Below the pieces are notes generated by a model that was not told the DNA's origin, made no database searches, and worked only from the letters and a program-made list of their open reading frames with translations. A program made the position numbers and the translations under genes. A DNA stretch of 64,000 nt from Callorhinchus milii (taxonomy: Eukaryota). How positions within the stretch are numbered: the stretch's first letter is position 1; each line of letters begins with the position of its first letter. Of this stretch, positions 37,171 through 51,334 are shown piece by piece. The stretch covers positions 48,424,001 through 48,488,000 of the forward strand of contig NW_024704743.1 in assembly GCF_018977255.1 (NCBI RefSeq), read 5' to 3'.

Positions 37171-40001
37171 ATTACTGTGTGTTGGCAATAGAAATAAACA
37201 ACAACAACTTGCATTTATATATCGCCCTTCACACAGGGTAGCATCTCAGAGCATAGTGGCAGTGGCAGAGACTGACTATATAATTTTTTTATATAGGATT
37301 TTGCCCCCATGATAAGATCACACTACAAAGGATGGTAAATTAACTGAAAGTGGAGAATATTCCCTTAAGTGACTTCATATGATACAATTCCATTTTCTCA
37401 CCTAAAAGTATTTTACACATCTGATTTTGCCAAACAAGCTAGATTTTGTTTTCCTGAAAATGGCTCTGCCATGTGCTAAGATTCACAACGCGTGCACTAC
37501 ATCTCAATTCAGCTGCTCTTGCAATGGAAAAGATGAAATATTCAGCAATTGTTCATGTCTGCCAGTTCATTTTCCTATAGTGTGCAGCAACCTATTCAGT
37601 AGACAGTGCAGGCCAGTGTCACAGCCATAGTCTTACCTGACCTCGTGCTGTGACCCTGAAAAGAGCAAAGATGCAGTGACTCACAGCAATTCATGGGTGA
37701 CACCAGAGGATGTAGGTTCTCTTTACTTGGGGTAATGCAGCTCCATCTCTGCAGTAATTGATTTCAGCGGCAGGCTATGGACCAGGTCCAAATGTACAAT
37801 ATGATTTGATGGTGGAATTAACCTGGAGGTCAGACTTTAGTCGAGTTTACATGGAACCACTTCACTTTCATTCTGCACTAAAGGACAGCGCTGAATAAAT
37901 GTGGCTTCACAGGGGTTCTGTGGTCATCTGAAAAATTCTGTTTAATTGAACGTAACCATCTTTGCCATTCTAATACAGAACTTGTTCAGGCATTCTTATT
38001 CTAGCGTGAATTCAAGCTGGGGGAATCACACTCTTCGATTTTATTCAACAAATAAAGGCAGTTCTGGTATTCATAGAGCTGATAAAGATGATTAAGTTGT
38101 AATAGCTCATGCAAGTACAGTGTGCTCAGATTTATTACTACTATGTATTAAGATGTAAAAATGAGCATGGTTGTAAAAGCCATTACTGTTTTAATTTGTT
38201 TCCCCAATTCCCTATATTACTGTTGCTCAGGTACAAACTGTTCATTATTTTATAGTGCTCAAATTTCTTACTTATTCTTCAGTATTAAAACTAGAATTGA
38301 ACCAAGGCTTCCATTCACCTTTGTGTTTTTATAATCCTGAGATGACTGATTGTCTTATTTGTAAAACCTCCAGAGCCTTACACAGAGGATGAACAATCTG
38401 TAGCAATAAGTCATTAAATTAGACCTTGGGAGCCTGGTGTCTGTGATGCACAACAGACGTCTTGTGCTGCACAACAAAACCAAAGGAGCAGCATTTATTG
38501 CTGGAAGCAGATTCCGAGGGCCAAATGCTTCTGGGTTGAGCCTTAAAAAAANCAACTTAAAATCATGCAGAATTGTGATCTTTTTTAAAATTCAGTCTAA
38601 TTTCAAAGCTGCTGCTTCCTCCCTCACTTTTTCAATTTATTCAAAATTGTCTTAAAGCTTAGACGTTGGGATACATCAGGCATCAAACTCTTTAATGAGC
38701 AGTTCAGCTGGCTTCGATAATTTAGTAGCACTGAATTGCAGTTTTGTTCACCATCCACTTCCATAACTCTGATATACATCTGCCGTGGTCTCCATGTTGT
38801 ATATTCCATTGAAGCTCCCCACTTGAAGTTATTCATTACAGTTAGCAGATAATGTGTAAATTCACAGTGGCATTGGTTGAAAATAAGTAAAATGCTCCTA
38901 TTTGACTCCATGTAAACAAGCTCACCAGTTAAAAGAAAAACTTGCTGCACCATGAAAAGGACAAGATCATACTGAAATCACTAAGAGAAACCACTAAGAG
39001 GTTGTATTCCAGCAGGCAAGCATACTCTTGCTAAATCTTAATATAAGTGCCTCTAGTCCACATAAAAGATCACTGTTGGATACACTCAGGAAGCAAAGAA
39101 ATGAGATTAGCCAATACATCTAAAGACATGGGCTTTTGGATACATACACACTTCATCTTTGGGGCTCTCTCTGGACAAAAATACCACAGAATCATGATCT
39201 TATATTTCCATAGCAACCCAACCACCAGCAGCTTTCACAACATGAAGCCTCCCAGCCTCCAGTGACTGACACACTTTGGAGACCAGCAGCTTCAAATCAT
39301 TTAATAAACCCCTTCAGGGATCATTCACGCTACATTGGCATCGACTTCAAATGGAGAAAGAGTTCCTCCCACAACCTCCCAGTCTATCAACAGGTAGCTA
39401 CAACATAAGGAAGTTATGGCCAGCAAGCAGCTGCAAAAGGCTGTTTTCTTCATCTAACTGAGCAGTCTTCTTTAGCAGGTGGCAGCACCACAGGAAGTAG
39501 AACACTGGTTCTGCATGGACAGTACCTTGTAATTTGCTTGTTGCACTTATCTCCTCATAAAAATGAGCAGCACCCAAGCTTTAGCTCCTGCTAAACTGTG
39601 CCTAAATTCTCTCAGCTGAGGTAAACAGAGCACTTCCCTGCTTGAGAAGTCTATTATTGCTCTCAATCTAACAGCCAAGTTTATATTCAGGTTGAAAATG
39701 CAAGAGGGGGAGTACTATTAGTCAGTGGATGAACCATGTTCAGACGCTCTAAATTATGTAATTAAACACTAAAAGGATTTCAGGTGATTGTGTAGCTCTT
39801 TTTCATTGGCTCCTTTTTTAGCTAATGGCACCTCATGGGCAATTAGCCCAACGAGCATTTTAAACCCAGTTATGCTGTAATTAACAACTGATCTCACTTT
39901 ATTCATCCACTGTGGCCCTGCTTTCCACATGGTTTCAATTATTGTGCTTTGCTACTTCACTGATTAAAAAAGTTTGGTTCTTTGTTTCCCAGCAACAGTT
40001 G

Positions 40002-40432
40002 TAACTAGGTGTCAGTACTTTCACCTCTAAATCAGGAGCTTGTGGGTTGAGGCTGACTTGTTGGGACCTTGAATTCATGGTCCAGGCTGACACTCCAAAA
40101 CAATGTTGGGTGAGCACCACTTTGTCAGAGGTCCAATGAGGAATCTGTTGGATGAGACATTAACCCAAGGCTCCATCTGTCTGTTCAGATGGATGCTAAA
40201 CATTGCAATGGCACAATTTGAGAACAGAAGGGAGTTTCTCCTGGTGTCCTGGCCAACAATTCCCCAGGTAAAATTAGTTATTTGCACCATAGCTGCTTGT
40301 GGGACATTGTTTTGTGCAAACGTGCTGCCTGTTTACCTACAAAATACCCTGCATTTCACAGTAAAATCCAGTGAAGCACTTTAACATGGCTGAATAATGC
40401 AATAAGGCCTGTATGAAATGTAAGGATTATTA
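40002..40432 (+). mobile_element. Older Deu-domain SINE, near full length
   Basis: ccaggctgacactcca...ggatgagacattaacccaagg...ggtgtcctggccaacaat...tgtgggacattg...aaggattattat. Confidence 0.8.
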
Positions 40433-40957
40433 TAACTCCTATTGTAAAGTCAAGCTATAACTTTCTGAAATAAGCTTCACTTGATGCAGGAATATTTTTT
40501 TGTACAGAATTATTCTGTTATAAACATGTCAAGAATACAAATTAAATTGATGTCCTTGTTTACTTAGCGGAGCTTACGTTAATCAAATGTGCTGAGAATG
40601 TTAAGTTCCTTCAGAAACTAAGAGCAACATTTTAATAACAGCTACTCAGCTATGAAATTAGTGATGTAGGGATCTGGATATTTGTTTGACCATTAGTCAA
40701 TTTCAAATGGAGTTAAGCAACGCACGTTTTTATTTGGCATCAAGGTTTGAGGTTTCTGAGGGGAATGGAAGCAGATTGCATCTATATCATTTCACAAGCT
40801 CATTTAAAAATGCCTCAATTAAGAAAATAGATCAAGGGCATGACTTTATACCATTTCATGCTTTTTTCAGTATGAATTTTCCGTTTTTTTTAATCCAGTA
40901 AAAGAAAAAACTGTTTGCTGAATATCTAAAGACATGTTTTAGGCTGTAATTGTGTTT

Positions 40958-41170
40958 AATAATAATCCTTGCATTTTTCATTTGCTCCTGAGGCTGTTTG
41001 TTTTTTTAAAATAAAATAAACGCCTTGGGATGTCCTCTCGACGTGAAAGGCGCTATACAAATGTAATCTTGTTATTGCTGCATTTGATATAGTGCCTTAT
41101 CACATCTTTGAGACGTCTCAAAGCGCTTCACAGAATATACTGTAAAGTGAATTGACTGTATATTTTGTGG
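40958..41170 (-). mobile_element. SINE 3' part interrupted by a composite insertion: local copy plus + strand L2 tail (41021-41078)
   Basis: The SINE tail is split at tgcattt, which occurs at 40970-40976 and 41079-41085. Confidence 0.8.
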
Positions 41171-41684
41171 TGGGAAATCAAGTCTGTGGTTTCTAGTTGC
41201 TAATTTAAAGTTCAGTGGTTACCTTTAATCCTGTTTATATCAGTGATTAAATTCAGTTGTGAGTGCGTTACACTAGAGCAGATCAATATTATACTGCCAA
41301 ATGGCATCAAACATATAATCAATGGAGACATGCATTCTTGCCTATAGAACAGAATTTATAAATGGTGCAGATTTATTTGAATGTTTAAAGAATAATCAAA
41401 ACGGTACTTTCAAAATGCAAACCATAAAACATTATTTGTGACTAACACTCTTTTTGTTTAATTCTGTCTCCTTTGTTGGTATTTTTCAAAAAGCTGAATA
41501 AACTCTTTAAATTTTTTGAAATATTAAAACACAATTTTCATTTGCTCCTGAGGCTGTTTTTTTTTAAATAAAATAATAATATGCCTCTTCTCTAACTCCA
41601 GGCTAATGGGAGTTCCAATATGTATAATTAGTTTGTATCTCTTATCACCGTTTAATGGGGCTGACGGTAAATTAGAAATATTCA

Positions 41685-42050
41685 GCTGCAGTCTCCACTC
41701 TCTGAAACCCTCTCCCTAAATCCCTCTCTGCTTTGAAAATTTACCTGAAAACCTATTTTTTTGACTGGGCTTTTGGCTTCTTCCCTACTACACCTTCCAT
41801 CTACCACACTTCTCAGGCTCTGTGAAATGCTTTGAGATATTTTGCTAACCTGAATGGTGCTATTAATAAGTGCAAATTGTCGTTTTTGCAGTCTACTGCA
41901 ATAACAAGACCACAGAAATGTTACTTTGAAATTTCAAAACATTATCATTTTGCCCACAAAATACACACAATCATATACACAATCACAATATCCTGTGAAG
42001 CACTTTGAGAGGTCCGAATAAGTGATAAGGCATTATATAAAGTGGATTGT
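41685..42050 (+). mobile_element. Degraded L2 3' end followed by a SINE tail
   Basis: ctctgaaaccctctccct...aaaacctatttttttgactgggcttttgg...; tgtgaagcactttgag...gtgataaggcattatata. Confidence 0.55.
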
Positions 42051-42234
42051 TTTCTTTTACACACTTGTATTTGACAGATAGAATCTGCCTGCATAATCTC
42101 AGTATTTCACCCTCTTTGTTGAGAACATAGGTGAAGGGTTAAAGCTCAAACTGCAGCACCCCACCAAGGTCACAAAAAGCAGGAATTGAGATGAATCAAT
42201 AAGTAATGATCAAATCAAATGCTTTGGTTTTAAA

Positions 42235-42512
42235 TGTCTGTAAATTGTCTGTTTGTTCTGGTGTAGTTAATGGTCCCATGGAACTATTGAAAAAGAGTCA
42301 GGAGTTTCTTCCGCTGTCCTGACCAATAATCCCTCAGGTCAAAATTAGTCATTCACCTCATTGCTGTTTGTGGAACATTGTTGTGCATACATTGTCTGCT
42401 GGATTCTCCTGCAAACTACACAAATGCAACATTTTACAGTAAATCCTGTGAAATGCTTTGAGAAGTCCTCCTGTCATGAAATTCAATGTATTAAATGCAA
42501 AGGTTATCGATA
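42235..42512 (+). mobile_element. Degraded Deu-domain SINE body and tail
   Basis: gctgtcctgaccaataatccctcagg...ttgctgtttgtggaacattgttgtgc. Confidence 0.65.
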
Positions 42513-43185
42513 TTAGAAATCAAAAGTAAGGAATTCCATAGCTTTGAAATACTAACAATGAGTAATATTGTAGGAAATTATGTGATGAGTCTTGGATTTC
42601 AGTGTAATGAGAATGCAGGATATAGATTCCATACCTGTACGTAGCATATCAGATAATATACTTGAGGTTTAGGTTGAATAAAATATAAAAGTTTAGAAGC
42701 ACAATGTTAAGAGTAATGGCTAAAACTTAAAGAAGATTGCAACAGAGCTATAAGTTAACTAGAGGAGTCGCTTGTGAATTTGGTGTGGAGGAACTGATGA
42801 GCCTAGCAATGGCCTAGCAAGATCTTGGATTAACATTAGCAGAGATACTGTGATAATCTTAGGTTGTTTCAGTGATAATATCATTTCAACCCTGTATTTT
42901 AATTCAGCTCTCTTCTTGTGTCAGACACTGTACACAGATTTTCTGAAGGTCGATAAATGTATGAACCTTGATGGCCTGTGGAACTAATTCGAGATTAGGC
43001 TTCTATGCCAAATAGATGCATAGATATTTTTGAAATGGTTACTTTTCACTCAAAGAAATAGCAGGTGCACCATTTCAGTTAAAATCTTATTTGGATATAT
43101 TATAGATCTTTGGAGGAAATGCAATGAAGGAAATGGTTGACCATGTCTCAGTTTGTTACATAACATTGCATAAGTCTCTATCACA

Positions 43186-43243
43186 CAACAACAACAACAA
43201 GATTCCATTTATAGAGCGCCTTTCACGTCGGGAGGACGTCCCA
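43186..43243 (-). mobile_element. Very short L2 tail insertion
   Basis: (CAA)n gattccatttatagagcgcctttcacgtcgggaggacgtccca; cacac on both sides. Confidence 0.85.
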
Positions 43244-44234
43244 CACGCCTATTGCCAGCTCAATAATTGCAGTTCTTCAAGGTTAATGATAATCTAGAGG
43301 CTGGAAATGGTCACCTCATGCAGTAGGGAGGCTCTCCTGTGATGTAACGGCTGTTAAGGAGAAAGTCAAAGTGTGCCTGCTACTGCATCATCAATGCTCC
43401 TTTTGTGGTCTCCCAGCAAATGTGCATTTCCAAACAATGAGAAAGACTGAGTTTCAGCGAACAGATGTTCTTTCTGACATTTCCATATCAGGAGAGGGTT
43501 TGAAAACTATCATGAAGCTCTCCCAGTGCATCCAAAGGAGTCTGACTCGCTGTTGCTTTCACAACATGTCATCATTTGTCTTGCAAACACACGAGTACAA
43601 TTATTTGCAGTATGTGAGGCTGGCACCATGAGCTATGATTCGCACGGCTCCATCAATAAAAGCAAGCCTCACCACTCTGCACATGTCAGGAGAGCTCAAG
43701 ATCCAACAAGCAAAAACAAATAGCATGCCAGAAAAATGTGAACTCTTCACTCCACAGGGCCCAGTATTAAAGAGAAACCACTCCCATTGTGAGTGTGCAA
43801 AGGCAAACCTCTGTCACATACTCCTCTATTCTCACAGTAGGTTTTTAGTTGGATTTGAGAATCCCTTGTCATTGTCTAACTTTGAATTTAAACCTATAAC
43901 TATTGGGAAATACAAGATTTTCTTTAACTGGCTGAAATCAGCTCTGTTGATTTATATTCAAAACACAGACTTGATGACTGATTGACCTTCTTCAGTACTA
44001 AATTTTCCATGATATTTAATCAAAAAGCTAACTCTGAACTTTAGATCAAAATAAAACTAATGGAACCATTTTCAATTCCTGTAATCTTTAAGACTTTGCC
44101 ATTGGAGCTCTATAAAACAATGTATGTTGTTATTGGAAGGTTCTGTGCAAAGGATTTCATAAATACTGTTTTGAGTCACACAGTACAAGACATGCCCAGT
44201 TGCTAGTGGATTGGCGGATTGCATTTCTGGGTTT

Positions 44235-44507
44235 AATAATCCTTTAAAAAATAATTATTTGGTCACTCAATCCACGACTGTTTCTGGAACACTGCAGTGC
44301 GCAATTGGCTGCTGCATTTTGCCCATAAAATATATAGTCAATTCACTTTACAGTATATTCTGTGAAGCGCTTTGAAACGTCTCAAAGGTGTGATAAGGGG
44401 CTATATCAAATGCAAGAATTATTACTTATATAAAATCCTGTGAAGGTTTCGAATCATTTCAGTGATGTGATAGGGTACTATATTGGATGCAAGGGATATT
44501 ATTATTA
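44235..44507 (+). mobile_element. SINE 3' half plus a second degraded tail
   Basis: ggtcactcaatccacgactgttt...gtgcgcaattggctgc...aaatgcaagaattatt. Confidence 0.85.
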
Positions 44508-46559
44508 TCTTTATCATGTAGTCTGCCTAGGGCATTGCCCCTCATCTTGTAATGGGCAGCAGGAGAGAAAAAGATGACAGCCATTAACTTATGGTCATCA
44601 GATTTTTCATGCAATTTTGCAATTGATGCCATATGACATCTATTTCTTTAGAATTGGTTTGGGGAAATATCCCAGGGCTCCATTATGAAGACAATTTCCA
44701 GGGAAAACAGTGAAGTGGCAAAATGGAGAAATATAATGGAACTGCTGTCCTTGAGGGGATTTGTTGTGCAAGGACAGCGCCATTGCTTTGAAATGAACAC
44801 ACAAATGCTGAAAAGCCACCGCAGCTTCAGCAGCAACTGATAAAGAGAGAAAAAGTTTATTGTTTGGGGCCTCGTCACTTTTCTGATCTGTATTCCTTTG
44901 ATCAGATAAGAATATGGGTTTGATAATCTCACATGCAATCTAATATTTTATACTTAAGGCATTTAGCAGTTAATATAGTTTGAAACTCATGTCTGATCTC
45001 TGCTTAACCTAAGTTATCCAGCTTTCTTGAGGGTAGAAAATAGAGATGTGTTTGGATTTAAGATTAGGTACCATTTGACAACGTGACCACTTATTTCCCA
45101 TAAAGTCTTTTCTTTATTTTTTTTATCCCCTCTTTAAATTCCTGCAAATCCTAACAGCATTTCTGAGACTGGAAGACTGACCTAGATGATGGCTCTCTGC
45201 AGCCTGCTGCTCAGAGGTGTGCTGTGGTTTCCCCTTGTCAGTGATAATATCCATTATTATTTACTATTAATACCTGCCAGTGATAAATAAAGGAAGCTTG
45301 TACTGTGCTATAACGTTGTGGAATGTAAACAACAAATTAGAGTGAAGTAAAGCACAATGGAACAGCTTCTCTTCACATTGTGCAAACAACATATAAATAT
45401 GCTTTAGTTAAGTACAAAAGGTGGCACATACAAGATGATGAATAGATTGATTGGGAAATGATCTTTAATTCTCTATGCGTTACTGATAATATTTTTTTAA
45501 TAGATCAAGGCACGCAAAAATCTGCTGAAGACATTTCTGTTCAGCCAACCGCCCGTCCTCCAAAAAATAAGTTACAGACACAGAACTGCTGTCTTCCTCA
45601 CCTTTGAATGCACCACATGTCAGGAGATAATAAATGATAACGCAGGACCCTGAAATGCAATACCGTCTCTTTAAAATGTACTTTGGTCTGTTTGCTCATT
45701 CGGTGCCACAAACATTTATTCAAATTCTGCTGACTTTTCACTAATGAGGAATGAACTGAATACAACAGGGTGATTTTGACAAATTAAAGTGTGATTTGCA
45801 GAACCACTGAAGTGGAGGAGAGACAGTTCTAACTATTCTAATTAAATGAGCTTGCAGCATTTATTTTAATGCACTGGAATCAGCCATATGAAAAAAGGAA
45901 CATTTTAATTTATTTCAGTGACATTTTGAATAATTTCCCCAGCTAGAAATTACTGCACAAACAACTCCAATAAACAACACAGCTAGTGGGAAAAAAAGCA
46001 TCACTGTGTTTATCAAATCAGTTTCTTTATTTTTTTTATTTTTAAAACATTTTGGATGCTAGATTTCCTTCTGAGATTTTTCAGTATTTTTTAAAAAAGT
46101 GTTATTCTGGAAAAATACGAACAAAAAATGGTTTGTTTCGTCTCCAGCCCGGCCATGCATTTCCTGTTGTCATTGTGTTTCCTATACACAACAATGTGAT
46201 ATTGTGATTCTGACCCAAGTGATTCTGACAGCTTCCATGACTGAATTGCTCTATAAACAGGACATATCAGACCTTTCCTCACATTAAATCTTTCGAATTC
46301 CATTCAAAGCATAATTTATATTGTCTTAATCCTGATTCAATATCTCAGATTCATTTTTTAAATTAAATCCACCCAGATATATTCAGAAGTGTGTTTTATA
46401 AATATACTATGCAGAGAAATATGTGTATGCAAATCAAATACATATAAATCCACTGCAGAGGTTGCAGTTGCACATAACTGGCCTGATTTTGTTGGGGTTG
46501 TCTTTCAGTGAAAACACTTAATTGATTTTACAGGTCAAGTCTGTAAATATATATGTACA

Positions 46560-46870
46560 GTCTAGGTTGTCAATTGTATGTAGCACTGGGGGAGTGCTGT
46601 ATCGTTGGAGGTGCTATCCTTTGGGTGAGACATTAAAACGGAGATCCCATCAGCCTGTTCAGGTAACCGTTAAAGATCTCTTAGCACTACTCAAAAAGAG
46701 AAGAGTTTTTCCCAGTGTCATGGCCAACAATCCCTGAGTTTGCAGAACATTGTTGTGTGCAAATCGACTGTTACATTTGCCTACAAAATACAGACACTAC
46801 AGTTTGTAGTATATCCTGTGAAACCCTTTGAGGTGTCTTCCCTATGTGAAAGGGGCAATAGTAAATATAA
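46560..46870 (+). mobile_element. Older Deu-domain SINE body and tail
   Basis: gcactgggggagtgctgtatcgttggaggtgc...gagacattaaaacggag...gtgtcatggccaacaat. Confidence 0.75.
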
Positions 46871-49800
46871 GAAGTATTTTTTCATTTATTTATTGAAAGC
46901 ACAATTAGAGTCCATATGAAACTCAAATGAATGTATACATTACGTATTCACAATTTTATTTTCTTCTCTTAGAGAGGAAAATATATAATTAGAAATATCA
47001 TTTTTATACTGCACTAGTATAGGCTAGTTTGGAGTACCAATTGTATTTCTTATAAAGCATACAGGATCCCCTAAACCGCTGTCAAATTTTTTTCCAACCT
47101 GCAAGTTTACATCTGTCACCCTTATTACTTCAGCCTTAAATGACCTAGTATTTCTGTAGCAAAGACATCATAATAAAGGGCTGGCAATCCATTCCCATCG
47201 CAATTCACTCTTGCTCCAGGTAAGCAAACTCTGGCTGTTGCTCCATTCTGCTGTTGAACAGCAACAGCAAGTTAAAAATCTTTTTTTTAATTAGATTTAT
47301 TTAGTATAGTAAAACTTTATGAACCTTGGTATGTATTATATAAAATAACAGAAAATAAAAGTGCTGCGGGAGTTTACACGTCAGTGTGGCAATCTCACGG
47401 TTCAGCTAACTTCATATATCGTGAGAGTGCAGCATGAGTGATTTATGACACCAACTGAATCACCTGATTCTTCTGCTGTTTGCTCCCCCCTCCCCGCTCA
47501 GGTCTGTGTTATTTTATAAATTGTTTTTCCTTTTTGCACGTAATATCTGAAATAATGCAAAACAGTCCATGAAGAGTTAAAACAATTATCGTGAATTGGA
47601 AGAAAAATTATTCCTGGAAAACATTTGCAGCATTTGAATGTTCTAGACATTTTTCTTCCCTCCTTGTGCGTTTTGTGTCATTTTATGTGCTGACTGCTCA
47701 CCCTCCAGACAGACACATTTTTGCTGTGATAAATGTAAAGTTTGCATAAAGGCATGTAGCAGCAGGCATCCTATTATCAACGCACATTTTCCATGGCTGT
47801 TCAAACCTCTGTAGGCTATTTTATCACTAATGGATCCACTGAGATACAGTGCAGTTTTTAATGTCTTTTTAAATGTAAATGCATGTTTGAGAAGTGTGGC
47901 TTGAAAGAACTGATATCAACTGTCACAAGCCTTTGCTGAATTAAAATAATGATTCCTTTTTATTGTTTTAAAATTTTTCATTTACAAGATCAACTGTGCT
48001 GTCTATTTACAGTTGGGTGTTTTGCCACTAACCCTCTGAGCAGTCAATGTTCTTCACTGCTTTGAAAAGACTTTGAAAAGACATTGTACCTCAGCTGATG
48101 TTTGTGAAAATGATAATTTATAATTTGATATGTACCAGAATGGGTTATGTTTTAAATTAACATATTTCTTGAAGTAAATTAACCAATAAACATGATATAT
48201 ATTTGCATGGTGGTTAAGTTCTTCTGCGATGAGATACTATTTGCTGTGAAACTTTCTTTGTGTTTATAATTGCTGGGTGTATCATTTATTTTGATCACAT
48301 TTCTTGCAAAACCATTTGCTGTACTGCAAGTTTTCAGACACTCAAATGTGTAATCTTCATATCTGTGTGATTTTCAAATTCATATTTTTAATATTTATTG
48401 TAAAAAGATGTTATTCTCGAGTTTATTCCAGAAAGTAACTAAAGGACACAACAAACTACAACAACAGGCATACCAAAATGGATTTTACAAGAATAGAGAA
48501 TAAAGTATAGATTATTCAGGAGTATCGAAAATACGGGAGACATTACTGATATTTAGTCAACCGATCATGCCATTTACCATTCACCACTTATTAAATTAAG
48601 ACAGGAGCAAGCACTAAGGCTTTTTATTATAAACAAGAGATTTAAAGCATTAGAACTGTGGTAAAACAGCTGAGGTATACAGTTATTCATAGATTTGAGA
48701 AGAGTTATACTATACAAATTGCATCTCCTCAAGCATCAATCTTGTGTCTTCAAGTATATATAGTTATATTCCACATTCTGATAAATGTAAGCTTGGAGAT
48801 GTGTGCTTGCAATGGGAAAATCCAAAATATAAGTGTGCTATACCAAGGTCAGTAAATTTACTGAGAAGCAGAGAATAACCACTAGAGGGTCTAAATGGCA
48901 ACTGGAGATAAGGCAATTACCCAGATGGAGATACAGAACATTGGAAGGAAATGATCCTGGGTCATTTAATCCAACTTTTAAACTGTTTTAGAGTAGCACT
49001 GGCAGAGACCCAGGAACGGGTTGTCTCTCCAACTCCCTTAGCTAACAAACAGTGCACAGCATGGGAGGGGATCCTAAAAAGAGCAAGGAGATATGCAAAA
49101 CAACAACTGAATTTAAGAAAAAGCTAATGGAAGGCTTTTACCTTGTACACTGCAGCTTAACCTGGGATACCCATTTGGTCGTGGAATTACAACCAAATAT
49201 GCAACAAAATATTTCAACCCCTTCTGAAAGCCATGCTGTTTTGCTTTGTTAATTTAGTCCACAGTTGGTAGTTTGACTGATTCAGGTATTTTAATAATAT
49301 ACAGCAGAGCAGTTTTCTAGTGCTTGACACTAGCAATTAACATGGAGGATGAGCATGTGGGATCGTAAATCTTTACAGTAATCACACCACAAACTGCAGG
49401 AGAGACAGGTGTGGCTTCCTTTTGTCAGCGTTCAATTTCCCAGGCTTTTGTCCAATAATTAAACAATAATAGACTAGAGGGAGTACTCCAGGTTGTAACT
49501 AAGGACAGGCTGCTTGACTGAAGGACAAATGTGCAGGTTGAGTGTTGGAAAGAGGCTGCTTCTTCTCAATTGTGAGCTACTACTTGGGAAAAATTCCTCT
49601 TGAATTTGGAATTGCTTTATTTGCTTAGCATTTCAAGCATCAAGAATATGGTAAATTAATGAACTGAGTTTTACCTTTCAGGTTGGTTGTGTGTGTTTCT
49701 TCGAAAAGAGCTTACAAGATTTTGTAATTTCAAAATTAAAACTGAATTTCAAAATTAAAAATTTGCCAAATTTTGGATGTTCTGAAATGCTACAAAAAAG

Positions 49801-51334
49801 GAGCAAATCTAGACCCAGGTGGAATATTAAGTTCTTTGAGGTGTTCTGTGAAAGGCACTATATAGATATCAATTGCATTATTGTTTTGTCTTGTAATTTC
49901 TTCCCACATATCTACCTGAAATCTCGGACTGCTATTTGATCACAGCTTAGAGATGATTATATTTCTATTCCAAATGATTTTATATTTTAACCACTCTTCT
50001 TACTGATGTGTTCAGTTCATACACTTTCCCCCTCAAACACATGTATATTCTCTGTAGCTCAGTCCAATAGGGTATCGTAACATTATTAAGATGCCTTCAG
50101 GTATTGTCCGATGAGCTGTATTTCCGCAATGAACTGAAATGCGACTTATTTTTAAGGAAATCACAGTTTATTAAGACAGAAGCAGGTTATCAATACAAGC
50201 ATACAGCAAAGAAAGGCTTCAATCAAATAAAACAGCTATAATCAGACACATATTGCACTGCACATAAGCAACATTACAGTACTAGAATTCCCTTCACAGC
50301 ACCATGTCAATAAATCTCCTCCCAGCTATGCATTCCTTTACTACCTGCGATGCATGGAAAGAGATGGAGAGAGAATGTGTGAGCTAATGTGTGAGCTGAG
50401 TGAAAGAGAGCGAGAAGGAGGGACAGCAGCTGGCAGTATTTTCGCTTAGACCAATTGTACTTTCTCATCATTGAGTTGCACAAAGCATTCTCAATGGGGC
50501 AATGCATTACTTTCTCCATAGCAACATCTTGAATACCACGGGAAAACCAAATCCCATAATGCTCCAGGGTCTTTTGACTTGCATAAAACAAACAACAAAG
50601 TCTATTAGTACTTGGCAATTTCAATTTCACAACTGCAATACTGCTGAAACAACGCAGATGTGAATTTGCACGTTAATCCAATTAAGATGCAGATTCTGAT
50701 AAGTTATTTAAATGCAATCTATTTTAGTGGGTTTTAATAATAATGCTAGATAAATTTTGATTTAGTTTTTAATAATAATAAAGACAAACTAAATGGCATG
50801 CTTATAGAGTGAAACCCCTGAATAATAAAACATTAAAAATATCATGGAAATTTCATTTTAAGAGGATTTGTTTCTATATTAGTAGCAAAATTCCACCAGG
50901 ATCTACATTTACTTCATTAACATAGCATAGCATATCATCCAGAATTTGGCAAATTCAGTCTTAAGTTTATTGCCAATTTACTGTAGTTCTTAAAGAAACT
51001 TTAAAATTAAGGCTGTATTTCAGAAATATGCCAAATTCTGCATACTAAAATGTTTTGTTAATAGGGACAGCAGCTGGTGTAATTTTATCACTTGGATCTC
51101 CTAACTCCATTTTGATTTTTGTATCCTTTTACCATAAGTATACTTATAATATAATTAATTCAAGCAGGGTATAATTATGCCCAAAACATCCAATTTAAAA
51201 TACTATTTAAGAAGTAGAAGTACTTAACTCACTGGATCACAGTGATCATGGTTCAATAACATTCAATTTGACTTTGGAAATGGCACAAGCATGCAACCAA
51301 CTCTGGCACATGGCTTTAGATTGTGCTGCACGTA

